A stretch of DNA of 55,867 nucleotides, filler included, from Sphacelaria rigidula (Eukaryota), in assembly GCA_964200075.2 (NCBI GenBank). It is 4 parts of 4 records of this genome, joined end to end, with 100 filler letters (N's around TTAATTAATTAA, not from the genome) between each part and the next. Parts side by side here need not be neighbours in the genome. Positions count along the whole stretch, not along the records: positions 27,987 to 41,878 come from CAXNAA020002606.1; positions 41,979 to 55,867 come from CAXNAA020002607.1; 2 more parts are not named here. One strand, given 5' to 3'. Positions 36,804 to 49,334 of this stretch are shown piece after piece. The position numbers and the translations under genes are program-made. The notes beneath the pieces are model-generated. The model made no database searches and was not told the origin of the DNA. It saw only the letters and a program-made list of their open reading frames with translations. The first letter of the stretch is position 1. Every line of letters begins with the position of its first letter.

Positions 36804-38898
36804 TGCGGTGCAGTAATATATGCACGTGGTCAACGTAAGACGAATCTTGATTTTGCTGGACAGCAGGAGGGCGTGGCGTATTTGGTTTGGGCGTGTATGT
36901 GCTACAGGCAGCGCATGCATGCGGGTATGGTTGGTTGGCGTTGCATGTTGGGGCCAAAGTCTACAAACATTTCGCCCCCAACTCCATCGGTCAATTGTGC
37001 AGGATGACCACACGTTAACCCTTAGACAGCAACCCCCCCGCAGGTGGATTGGGTTGGACTATGCCACATTTGGGTTTCAGAACAGCTCTTTTCTTGCGAC
37101 ACAAAACGCCTTTTTCACGAACATGTGGATATTTGGCATCTATATAAAAAATAGTCCCAGAGAACCCTTGACCAGTTTTGACCCCGCAGTCAAATTGCGT
37201 GGAGAGTCGGTGTGTATATGTGCTGTATGTCTTCGCTGGACACGACGGCAAGAGACACGATAAGTGTACCATCACTCTTCATTGAACACAATTTACGGCA
37301 TGCTGCTGATGCCCCTTCCTAGTCTTCAACAACAACGCTCCAGAGAGTGTGAAGCTATGCTGGCAACACATGACGCGTCAGACAGGCGGCACAGACCTCG
37401 AGCAGAGTACAAAAAATATATATTTGTACCCATGTAATCTATGGTTGAACTGCCATGACCAAAATAAGAAATGCCGGTAGGCAGTGACGTAGTCGACCTG
37501 TAGTCTACCTGTAGGGGAACTGCGTACTCATTCTAACGGCCGTGATTAGTCAGAGTGGGGGTCATTCCGCGCATCTCGGGCCTCGTTCCTGGCTTGTAAT
37601 TTTCCGCCGAAAACTTTTGAACACATATGGTTGACTTGGTGTGCTTTTCAGCTGCTCTGCGGACAGACACCCCGCAACAAAAAATTCACCCCCCCCGGTC
37701 ACTGGCAACCCCCGAATATCTCCGGACTGTCAGGCTGTGAAACTGTTCCGAGGCGACGCTCGCTTCCCAAGGGTTGAAGCATGCACATAGCAACGAGCTT
37801 AGAACTGCAGCGATCAGCTTGTTCTTCGCACAAAGTCCTGCTTCCATCAGGGTTTGCTGCTGAGCCTTCCGCAGACACGATCGACAACCCCCTCCGACAC
37901 GTCCTCTTGACGATGTCAGGTTGCACGAGTGTAATGGCCAAAACTACAAACAAAAGGAAATGCTGTGTGATTCGCCCGGGCGGTCAAGATCTACGCCCAC
38001 AGCGTTGCCATCATCCAAGAATTGGCGAGACTGTCCGAAAATGGCACCGGTCAACCGTCGAAAGATACACCAGCTGCAGTTACGCCGCATAATCCTCGTA
38101 CCGAACGATATATGGCGTAACCGCTGCGCCCCTGCAGCAGCACAGGAGAGATGGGGACAAGTGCACAAACATACTTCCCAGCACTGTGGGTTAGGCTTCG
38201 CCACATCGCCCCGCCAAACGACGTGCTTTCAAAAATGTCGGCGTTAACAGGCCAGTTTAGTGTTGTGTTCTCAGTGCACGCCGTATTGAATTGCAGGTCA
38301 TGGAATACTGTGCACGATTGCACTCCAGAGCGCGGTAGCTTCGTAAAAAATGGGTGCAGCACATCACACACTTTCATACTGTAATTTGTGTGAAGTTTTC
38401 AGTTTTGAAGGCGGCGCAATTGACTGTACAAGGCATGCATGCACAAAAGTGTGTCGTGTCACTTGCTCGTTAAAGTGAATGGCCGAATTCTTCTTCGCGT
38501 GGACTGTATACATCATGCACTAGCCGGCACGCATCCTTTTGGCCTGGTGCCCTGAGCGTGGGCGCCACCTATCGGCGTTGCATTCTGCACGAGATGCACC
38601 AATGAAGAGCAACAGCAGACCAACCGATGCGTAGAATCATCACTTTTCCAGCCAGAAATCTACACCGACAATCCCGCCTTAAGCAAAGCTTGCCACCGCT
38701 GCCGCGCGCTGGGCCGGTATTCATTCCCTTGTGTCGGGCCCGCCCCTCGTGTGAACCTTGTCTACTTCACGACTGATATCAGCCGAATGCTTGTCAAATA
38801 GTTCTTCTATGCGGGCAGTCCGTTTTTTTTTTTCTCGCGCAAGACTGTTTCTGCCTCGCTTTTCTCGGCGGGAAAAAAATAGCTCAAAACGAATCCTT

Positions 38899-40640
38899 CA
38901 ATGTTGTGTCCTGTAGGGTACGGTTTTCTGTATACCCGGGATATTTTCCCGGGTACTTACCGTACCCAACAGTTCTGTAATCTCTCCAAGACTTTCATAC
39001 CGGTACTCCACAGTTCTGTAATCTCTGTAAGACTTTCATACCCTTACCTGATAGTTCCGTAATCTCTGTAAGACTCCCGTACCGTAACCGGGGGGCACGG
39101 GCACGCTCTTGATGAGATACCTGATCGCGGGTACGGTTTTTTGTGCAACCTCTATACCCTACCCGACAGTTTCTGTGAGTCCTGTAAGCCTTCCACACCC
39201 TTAACCGACAGTTCTGTGAGTTCTGGACAGAATGTTTACCCGTACCCGGAGCGCGGGTATGCTCTTGAAGCGTACCCGATTGCCGGTACCGATTTTCTGT
39301 AAGCCTCTCATACCGTACCCGACAAGTTCTGTAATTTCTGTAAGATATCCAGTACCGGTACCCAACAGTTCTGTGAGCTCTGTAAGCCTCCCATACCCCT
39401 ACCCGGGGTTAGGGTATACAGTTATAGATATACCCGATTGTAGGTATGAGCACAAGTATATATACCTTGGGGAGGCACGGATATACGTTCAGTCCAAACA
39501 CAACCTCATGACCCGAATATGTCCCTCCCATCGATCAACCCACCCAAGTCCTTCACTCAAAACTGCACACCAACAATATAATCTAGTGTTGAAAAGTTTA
39601 TTGGTTGGAACCTGACGGGATAAGAGGTACCGCTGAGTGAAAACACGAAACATGAGCAGCACTACGGACCATCAGAATGGATCACCCCCAGGCTCGAGTG
39701 GTGGCTCGAGCGGGGACGGTTCATCTGCGCCACCAGGGGATCAAGTAGGAAGACGCACGTCATCGACGTTGATGGTGGTTGTGTCGTGATCATCAAACCC
39801 CAGGCCGTTATCGACATGCACAGCACAGAGTATGACCTGCCACCGAAAGTCGTCAAGGCCGTCGGCGATTATGTCGCATGCCGAAGGGCTTCCAGGGAAC
39901 GGGCAGCCGTGAATGCTACTTCACGTACTCTCTGGGAGTGCACGTGCAGCCGATAGATGTTGGCGATCCCATGCACATGTACTACTGCGATTGTTCGTGT
40001 AGTCCTCCTCCAACAACCTCGTGAAGCCGTCCAGAGTTTAATTGAACTGTTATCTGTATTTCGCCACTGTTTTAGTGACGTAGATCCCACCACAGGGGTG
40101 ATGATAATATCAAGGTCGTGTTTGTAGGGTACGGTTTTCTGTATACCGGAGGTCTTTTCTGGGGTATTTACCGTACCCGACATTTCTGTAATCTCTATGA
40201 GATTTCCATACCGGTACCAGACATTTCTGTAATCTCTGTGGGACCTTCATACCCGTACTCGATAGTGAGTTATGTAAGCCTCCCGTACCGTTACCGGGGG
40301 GTACGGGTATGCTCTGATATGATACCCGGTTGCGGGTACGGTTCTCTGTGCAATCTCCATACCCTACCCGACAGTTTATGTGAGTTCTGTCAGCCTCCCA
40401 TACCCCTACCCCACAGTTCTGTGAGTTCTGTACAAAAACTTTACCCTAACCCGAGGGGCGGGTATGCCGAAAAATAGTTACCCGATTGCCGGTACCAGTT
40501 TTCTGTAAGCCTCCCATACCGTACCCGACAAGTTCGTAATTTCTATAAGACTTTCATACCGGTACCCGACAGTTCTGTAAGTTCTGTAAGGAATCTCATA
40601 CCCTACAGAACGTACCCGTACCTTACAGAACACAACCTTG
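38899..40640. mobile_element. Composite non-autonomous DNA transposon (same family as 30689-31563, opposite orientation) with ~640 bp cargo
   Basis: Ends CAATGTTGTGTCCTGTAGGGTACG / CCTTACAGAACACAACCTTG. Flanks GAATCCTT (38891-38898) and GAATCCTC (40641-40648). A second left end CAAGGTCGTGTTTGTAGGGTACGG at 40111 lacks its own TSD. Confidence 0.8.
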
Positions 40641-41259
40641 GAATCCTCGTTCGCATGGTCGAACGGTCCAGAACATTATCAAGATTCGGTGTCTTCAATA
40701 ATCGACCAGTTCTTTGCTTTTGACCGCTTGGCCGCGAGGGTACGAGTCCATCTGGTCATTGATACTTTTTTCAAGTGAAAGTGGAGCCGATTCAACAGAT
40801 GACTTATGCTCGCCGTCAAAATGGTCAACCCTTTGACCGCGAGGGTAGGTGATCTCGGCATATTGATATTTTTGGGGTATGAATGATGCCGATGCAACTG
40901 ATTGCCTACCCTCCCGGCCAAAGGGTTAAGCAATCAAATATTGTACGTGTGTTGGCGATTCTTCCTCCATATCGATCGCGTGTTACTGCGGAAGATCCAG
41001 ATCCACGCGGCATCATTTCCGAGTGAAGCGCCGCTAGAGCCGCTGCCCCCGTCGGTCACCATGTAGGCCGGTTATGTGTGCGCGTGGTTGTGTGCGGGCG
41101 TGATGGCTACGGTGGGGATGGCTTCTGATGCGGCCATTGTTGATGCTTACAAACGGCAAATCCATCACTGCAAAAAACGGAACAGAGGTGTGTACACATG
41201 TAACCGTTTTCACGTATTAACGTGAATGAGTATCGGACCAGAAATAACTCCAAAATTGG

Positions 41260-41760
41260 CGTACGTAGCTCCCGCAGCTATTTAGCTCAACCAGGGCGAA
41301 CATACGCAGCTGATGTGGCTCTCACAGCTTACCCAGGGCAAACATGCGCGGATGAGTCACATTCGATAGCTCACCCAGGACAAACATGAGTAGCTCATGT
41401 AGCTCCCATAGCTCACCCGCGGTGGATATGAGCTGATGAGCTACGGATTGGTAGCTCACCCAGGGCAAACATGCGTAGCTCATGCAGGTTTCATTGCTCA
41501 TCTAGGGCGAATATGAGCTAATGAGCTACGGGTTGGTAGCTCACATATGCCAAACACGCGTAGCTCATGCAGCTCTCATGGCTCACCCAGGGCGAATATG
41601 AGCTGATGAGCTACGGGTTGGTAGCTCACCTAGGGCAAACACGCATAGCTCATATTGCTCTTATAGCTCACCCAGGAAAAACATGCGTAGCTCACGTGAC
41701 TCTTATAGCTCACTAGGCAGCTACGCTAAAAAAGAACCAGCTCGAGCTATAGGGAGCTAA
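41260..41760. repeat. AGCT-rich tandem array (85-bp period, ~40-bp subunits)
   Basis: GAGCT(G/A)ATGAGCTACGG(A/G)TTGGTAGCTCAC at 41430, 41515 and 41600; TAGCTCACCCAGGGCAAACATG reiterated. Confidence 0.85.
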
Positions 41761-41878
41761 TCTGTCCGACGTGTGGTATCTTGAAGGAAAGAAATTGTAT
41801 ATACAAGGGTATATCGAAAATATATTTCGGGACACGTGGGTCTACAAATCGAAAATTCGAGTTTTTGAAGGGGGGGGG

Positions 41879-41978
41879 NNNNNNNNNNNNNNNNNNNNNN
41901 NNNNNNNNNNNNNNNNNNNNNNTTAATTAATTAANNNNNNNNNNNNNNNNNNNNNNNNNNNNNNNNNNNNNNNNNNNN
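41879..41978. other. Artificial scaffold-joining spacer
   Basis: N44-TTAATTAATTAA-N44. Confidence 0.97.
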
Positions 41979-42330
41979 GCTTTCATCCTTATCCCCTCTC
42001 TCAACCATCCGTATATCTCCAGATGATGTTCTTCCTCGTCTACTTTGCGTCTGACCGCTTTTTTTTCCCTTATTTCAATCATATCTCTTACTTTTGCCTT
42101 TTACCCCGCGTCTTTATCTATATAGACAGTATTTCGTCTTGATTTCCGCCTATCTCCTTCCACACTTTCTCGACGTCTCTATCCCACCTTACTCCAGCCT
42201 GCCCTACCGTACTTCTCCTCCATACAGTCCTATTAACTATAGCTGGCAACCTCTTTCTTTGCATGTTCTTTACGCTGTACTGCCATCGAAATTTCCTCGC
42301 GTGTCTCTGGTTGTTTTGAGTGAGTACATT
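41979..42330 (-). mobile_element. Fragment of poly(C)-tailed LINE ORF
   Basis: KRLPAIVNRTVW...VEKVWKEIGGNQDEILSI is homologous to 51794-51925 (LPAIFDEAVW...VEQVLKEIGGNNDEMLSI). Confidence 0.8.
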
Positions 42331-45300
42331 CCCAACTCTGCTCTCAAAACTGTGGCATCGCGGCATCACTCTAAAATAATAGAAGGTTCGCGTAACATAA
42401 TAGTACGAAAGGTTGAAATCAGTCAACGCGAGGCCGTGCCTGCACACATGTATTAACATGCTTCATTTCGCGTGCGGCTGTCACAACAACAACGGAATTG
42501 ACAACGTTTGGTCAAAGTTAGCGTCGGATACACCATCAGAATACCGAGCGACACACCAACGAGAAGCGCCAGGCATATTGACCTCGTTGTAGGGGCTTGT
42601 GTGTGTGTGACTGGCTCTCACGATTCATTTTTGTTGTGACCACTCACTTGATGCCATCATTCATCGGTGATGAAATAGCCACACTGTTGTCGGGCTTCCG
42701 GAGGGGACCATCACGGGCACGAACCACACGTGCCGCACGCGTGAGATGCGCAAACGGTAGCTCCGGTTTGGACTTGCTGACCGCCAGCAATTTTGGAAGC
42801 GGCGCCTGTACCCCACGCGCACCTTTGATGGCCCCACTCCTTTTACTGTACATTCTTCTCCTCGTGGCGGTGCGACGACGATGGTGATGTTGATTCATCA
42901 CCATTTTCATTGCATCTAAGTGATGATGCTGAAGGCGGTGACGACTGTAGCTGGCTCGAGTTTAGGCACTGACGGTGTTGTCGTAATCATATGGTGGGCC
43001 CGGCTATGCCTAAAAATAGTCCGCGCAAAAAGTAGTAGTTGATGCACTCCTTTCCTCCCCGAGATGCAAGGCTCGCTGTCGTTCTTCGCACTATTGATGT
43101 TGCCCCGGTCAGCCTGAATTGCATCTGCCGAAAAAGAGGTCAGGGTCGGTTTTATCCCGTGCCTGCCATCGGTGCAATTACGAGACAGTACACCATACAA
43201 AAGTAATAGTACACCATGAGAAGCTCATACACAACACGTGCAAGGTCACGCGATACATTGCTGCACCGCTACTGTTGCAGGGCGTATTGACGCATTTGGA
43301 GGCCCTTGGAAACAATCAGTGAACACCACATCGAGAGGAGTTGGACGCCGCATTGGAGGTGGGGGGTAGACATCAAAGTACGAGGTGGATGCCTAGTAAA
43401 GGGGTGGGACGTCACAGCGGGGGGGGGGGGGCTGCCACAATGCACAACACCCAGCGAGGGCCTGTAGTCACACGTTGAAGACTTGATTCGGGCAATTGCG
43501 GGCCAACCATCCCCCGTCCTGCTCCGCCCTCTGCCGCCAACCCGTTGGGCGGTGTAAAGGCGGCTTTGACTGCCATACATGAGGCAACCAATCGGCTACC
43601 CGTTGCCCGGAAGCTAGTAGCATAGGCTACTAATGATTGCTGCGTGGCGCGGCAAAGTGGGTTCCTGTTACTTCGCCACTGTTGACCATCTGTAAACTCC
43701 GCAACGCCATTTTTCGGATGAACTATGTCGAACTGTGAAATTTGAAGGTTGCAGTCAACATATCGGCCGGCGTTTTCACTACTTTAGGGCGCACGCAGCC
43801 TCGAACAAGGAAAAACAGGCACACAGCTACGCCTCAGACGTACCGTGCCTAGTACGCGTCAACTACCAGCACGAGAGCCGCACTATCGCTTGCACGCTCT
43901 AGATAAGCACTGCACAAACTCTTGTGATGCCCAAATTTGATCGGGGGGGTGTTTCGTCGTGTCCCTTCGGGTCCGTCGAAATTTTCGGATTATGTTGGTG
44001 TTGCGGCTTAGCGCAGGGAGCGAACGCGCCAGCCAAACACGGGCACGAGGATTTCGTGTAATGACTTTTTGATACGGGGGGGCAGCGCTTTTTGCTATGA
44101 TGAGTACAAGGCACGTCACGGCGCTCGGTCTGATGGCGGCAGCGCACTGGGTCTATGGTGCATGCTATACTCTGTATTGTTGTGCCGAATTTGGAAGTTG
44201 CATCCGACGTTCAAAATGTTGTAGAAAACAATACTCAACCACAAAAACTGTGAATCGAACCTACGAGATTGCTTGTGTACGCGCTCTCGTGATGATGAGA
44301 CTTCTTAAGGTATCCCAACGCTCTCACTTCGGTAGGTGAAGTGCCCTCCTTTTCAAACTTCACCACGTGCTGTAGTATATTTCCGATTTTTTGCACTGAT
44401 TTGGTCGCCATGTCCCACCAGCACGAAGTTTCGGGTACGACGTACTCGTACTCGTCTGGTCCAAGGGGGAATCCAGCCAGAAACACAAAAATATATGAAG
44501 TATTCACAGTGGAAGATATCCAGAAGTTAGTGAACCCCAAGTGCAGTTCGAACTACTACAGTACTGTACTATATACAGTATTGTGCAACGAGTTTTGTTT
44601 ATTTGCTCTCTATTATACTACTTTACGACCAATGGGACATGCCCAAAGATGTACCTAAAATGATGACGAAACAAAACGCGAAAGTACTCTGCCCCACGGA
44701 CCTCACCAGTGATGGGCGCGGTGAGAAACATCCATGAGCACTCAGAGCATTGAGCCTCCGCGGAGAATCCGCGTCGTTTTTTCGTCAGAAACAGCATGTA
44801 TTCCACGTACCAACGCAAATCTCACGCAGAGATGGATTCTAATCCCGACGGGACTCAAGGTGAATCAAGCATCGGCTGTCTACAGTCTGTACTGGAAACT
44901 CTGCACAGTACTCGACTGTACCTCGCAGATGTTCTGCTATGCAGTGTTGCAGCATTGATTGAAATGGTGTAAAGCGAAAGCTGTACGATTCAGTCAGCGC
45001 CCAGGTGTAGAGTATCCCATGTGTCCAGTGAGCATAATGTCCAGATATATGGATGAATGGTCATTGTATCTTCCTTCCTAAACATGCCCTTCTGGATGGC
45101 ATGACTTACAGGTCGTGGGCGATCTCGCGCATTTCCTCGGGCGCCATGTCGCCAAGGACGCGAAGAGAGGAGGAAGCAGGTGAATGCACTCTCTCCAGCG
45201 GCCTGTCTTCGGTAACTGCCGAGAATCCACAGTAGCGTCGTTTGTTTGTTTATTGCAGCTGGTGATGAGTGAGCGGTGAGCGGTGGGCTACCGTAGGTCA

Positions 45301-45978
45301 CGGAGTATAACACCCCCGAGCATCCCAATGGTTCAATGGTTTCACTTTGCCGTATGCACTTTGCATGTTTTGTCCTTTTTTATTTTCCCGAAAATCGTTA
45401 TCGACAGGCGACCAAAAATGTTCACGTTAGAAGGATGTTGTCGAGGAAGAAAATTTCGTCTCAACAGGAAGTCTTCATGACCTTTGCTTCTTGCAAAGAC
45501 ATCGAGGTTGAGAGCTGGTTTGCGCACGCGATTGGAAGTGTTACCGACTGTAGTAGCTAAATCGTAGCCATCGAAGAAGGCTCCCTTGTCTTGATTTGGT
45601 TTCGTTCCATTTTATTTTTGCACCGCCCCTATGCGGCAGCGGGCTGCCGTTTTTTTCTTTTCCGTTCTCACTTTAGTTTGTTCGCTCGCTCCTTCTTTTT
45701 CGATCTTTGTGCTTCTCCAGTTTCCGTAGCGAATTTTCTCCTCAATTTTTAGTCACCGTGGGGTACACACCTTTTATCTTGTGAGCCCGGCTTCCTTCGT
45801 AGCGGATGTCGTCTAATATGCGACGAATCAACGAATCAAACAATCACAACCTTGCGTTGAGTTGTTTTTTTTGGCCAGTGCACGTTCGACTCGTATGTCT
45901 AAGCTTTCCATGAGAAGGGGAAAACACAGCAGCCCTTTTCCTTCGCGTTTCCTTTTTTTTCACAAAAGGAAACGATGA

Positions 45979-46611
45979 GGCTACTTCGCATGTATCAGAA
46001 AATAAAACCTGTTGAAAAGTGCAGTTTTGATCCTTCTCCGTCGTTTTTCCCCCGAAAAGAGGGCTAGGCGAATGTTGACACCTTGGAATGACTTGCTCTA
46101 CCCGCTGAGGCCGTTCCAGGGAACCTTTGCGTTTCTCGTAGGTCACGGTTTCGTTTCGGCCAAACTTGCATTTTCAGTAACGAAATCGCCTGCTGTGTTG
46201 CTTGACGATATTGCTGAATAAATGCCGTACGGTACTGTTGTTACCACTCCTTTTCCCGACTCCGCTCAATCCGATTCTTGCTTCGCTGTATTCCGGCAGC
46301 TTGATCCGTTGCAATATGTAACGATTCGTACCGATACACAAACCGCAGATCCCGCTACGCTCCGGTCCTTCACTTTTCCCCCTGTTTTTTTTTTAACTTG
46401 GCCGCTTGTTATTGAAAATGCGAGTTTGGCCAAAAACGAAACTGTGACCTGCGGGAAACGCAAAGGTGTACTGGAACGGCCAGCGCGAGTAGAGCAAGTC
46501 ATTCCCAGGTGTCAACATCCGCCTAGCCCTCTCTTGGAGAAAAAAACGACGAAGAAGGGCCAAAAATGCACTTCACAACAGGTTTTATTTTTTTATACAT
46601 GAGAAGTAGCC
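45979..46611. mobile_element. PIF/Harbinger-type MITE with ~200-bp TIRs
   Basis: 45979-46181 is the imperfect reverse complement of ~46407-46611. Termini GGCTACTT / AAGTAGCC. TSD TGA on both sides. Confidence 0.85.
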
Positions 46612-48120
46612 TGAGGCCGATTCTTCCGGTTCGTGTTTTCCCCTCGTTTTTTGCAAATAACGAGGGGAAAATACAAGATGGATACTTAGTGGTCGTTTTT
46701 TCACAAGATTTTCGAGGGGGGCGGGGGGAAATACAAGACGAGGAAAAAATTACGAGACGGACCCTTCTGGCTTGTATTTTTCTCTCGTTTTTTCCATTCG
46801 CGGCGCGGCGAGACTAGCAACGCCCGCCAGGCCTGGAGATATTTGTGCCCTTCGACATCTGCGGGGCTCTCTTGACAGCATTGTCGAACACCCCCAGCCC
46901 CGTTTACACTCTGGACCAAACTTTGCTTCGCCATCCCGGCGCACGCGAAATGTCGTCGGGAGTTGATGATGTATTGGCATCGATCGTGCTCTCGAAAACC
47001 TGCAGCACAGACAGTACCCAGCGCAGAGATCACACTATACTGTATTGCCTGTGCTGTCTCATGCAGTGAGTTGTAGATCAGTTTGCCCACAACAGCAGTG
47101 CGCACGGCTGTAGCAAAAATGGTGCGTAAAACGTGGGATGTGGACAACGTGCAATACAGACAACACCAGGCAGTACTGTACTGTCTGCACTGCCGCATTG
47201 AGCAGTAGGATCCACATGCCATGCTGCACCCAACGGCTGCCGAAAATGATTTGGATGACGTGCAGTGCAGATAGTACACGGGTTGTACTGCCGCATTCAA
47301 CAGTACAGTAGGATTGAAATGTTAGTTTGTCAGTAGAACGGCTGCACTAGATATGATGTGGGCAACGTGCAGGTCACACAGTACAGTACTGTCTGTTCTG
47401 CCTGCCGCATACGGCACTACATATGCGCACATGTCAGGTTGGAGACGGTGATATACAACGGCTGCACTACAATTGATGCGGAGGAGTGCGGTACAGACAG
47501 ACAACAGTACTTGGCAGTACAGTACTACTGTCTGACTGCCGCATATGGGATACAGCAATATAGATTGAAAATGTCAATTTGCACACAGTACAAGCTGGGC
47601 CAGCAGCGATCGGGGACGGTCTATGTTTCGCGTCTCCTTACACAAACACAAGAAGCTTGCCATGGCGAAGTCTTGAGGTCTTTGTACCTCGCCTTGGCGC
47701 ACACACCCCTTTGAATTCCGCTGACCGTACTTTTGGTACCTCCTCACTCTTTTGGTACCCCACCCCCTCAAAAATATATCTGGATCCGTAAGCTAGGGTC
47801 AATATCTCTCATATTATTTTCCTAGCTGTATTTTTTACTCATAATTTGTTGCAAAAACGAATGGATCTTATTACACAGGTCTTGAACATCACAATTATTT
47901 TTTTGGTCTGGTCTCAACGCGAGAGACAAGAACCCTTGCCGTGTACTTCGCTATCTCTATGATAATTTCGTTGAGAGTTGACCGCCGAAGCCGTTCCCCT
48001 CGCCCGCGCTCTTAGAATCTGCCCTCAAGCAAACCCGTCATGATTGCCGGTTCGGTGTACGGGTGGGCACCAAGGCAGGGCATACTCCCTCCCTGCCCAG
48101 ATAGTATTGGGGTCTCATTG

Positions 48121-48437
48121 GGTCCCGGTGGTGTAATGGTCCGACTGTCGCCATCAGGGTGGAGAGAACGATGGTTCGATTCCTGACGCGTTGAGTTTTT
48201 TCTTCGTGTCATCTGATTTTCACCTTTGGAACGCGTGAGAACGTGAGTTAACGAAGCAGCTGACTGAGATTGTTTGACGAGAGTTGACGCGGTGAGAGAG
48301 TGCTGATAGTCATGACCCAATCCGCGTGAAAACCAAATGCAAGGCGTGTACTGGTCAGAGATGGGTTTGACTCCTTGAGACCATGGACTCGTCCCGAGAA
48401 AGGGCAGGGGTTTAAAGTGCGAAAAATGAAGAAACAA
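48121..48437 (+). mobile_element. tRNA-derived SINE, family A (copy 3)
   Basis: A box TGGTGTAATGG, B box GGTTCGATTCC; body matches 753-1075. Confidence 0.87.
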
Positions 48438-48755
48438 TCAGTAAACCTTCCTTTCGGTACCCCAGGTCGACTTTGTACACGAGTCACCCTACCCATCGGG
48501 GCGTCGGCTCTCATGAAACTTTTCATTTGTCCCGATGGAATGACCGAAGAAGGGTTCGGCGGTTCTGGATGAATGATTCAGTATGCTTCTTCATCAACCC
48601 TACCGAGAGACCTGCCCTCCGTTCGTTCTTGTTCTTGGCAGTCATCAATTGTCAGCCTGGGGTCTGTCAGTTGGGGGGGGGGGGGGGGGGGACTTATTTT
48701 TTGTTTGGTTGTGGTTTTTAAACATTTACAGGCAATTCCTTCTGGNNNNNNNNNN

Positions 48756-48815
48756 TCATTTGTTGCTTGCCTTAGTCATTTGACCATTGACCACGCATCC
48801 CTTTCGAGACGGAGC
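48756..48815 (-). mobile_element. Poly(C)-tailed LINE 3' end, type A
   Basis: Reverse complement of 15029-15090; abuts a 10-N gap where the tail would lie. Confidence 0.78.
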
Positions 48816-49334
48816 ATGGGGAAGGGGGTTCACATGTTCTTCCTGGGGGTTATTTTTCACGTCCAAAGCCCTTTTAGTCGAGTTACCTGTGCCGACTGGT
48901 TCTGTTTGTTTCTAGGGTCGGACAATATCGTCGCTGGTTCCAATCACCCGAACCTACAATTCCTGAGGCCTGATTGCTCTTGAAGGAAAGAAAAACGCTG
49001 ACCGCGGGTCCGAAAAGTATCTACAACACGCGAATATTGTCTATTCCACGTGCCGGGAATGCGCGTACCTGCAAGTGCAACTCTGAAGAGAAGTACTAAA
49101 GACAAGCGATTTCCTGTCGACTCGTCATTTGTTCGACCCTTGGTTAGCTTAGCCGGGAATGGCTAAAAACCCGTTGTGCCCACCATTGCATTCGTTGCGG
49201 ATCAGTTCGTATGACAGTCGATGGGTCAAATTAAGTACACAATCAAATTGGGCCGGGCGGTGAAGGCAGTAAGCGCCTCACGATTGTTGTGTCCCTGCCC
49301 CCCAGCCTCCCCCCACGTTGGCAAGATATGTAGG

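Noticed and set aside
38103..38132. Upstream SBPase exon (good acceptor, GTACGA donor, phase fits)
   Set aside because: Peptide GAAVTPYIVR does not resemble the expected SBPase helix; unsupported without transcripts.
38899..40640. CRISPR-like or protein-coding repeats (TACCC/AGTTCTGT units; ORFs 39232-39615 and 40118-40477)
   Set aside because: Irregular subterminal repeats bounded by TIRs and a TSD; the ORFs are by-products of the repeats.
41260..41760. CRISPR-like array
   Set aside because: Sequences between repeats are themselves repeated, with no unique spacers; no cas-like ORF; eukaryotic context.
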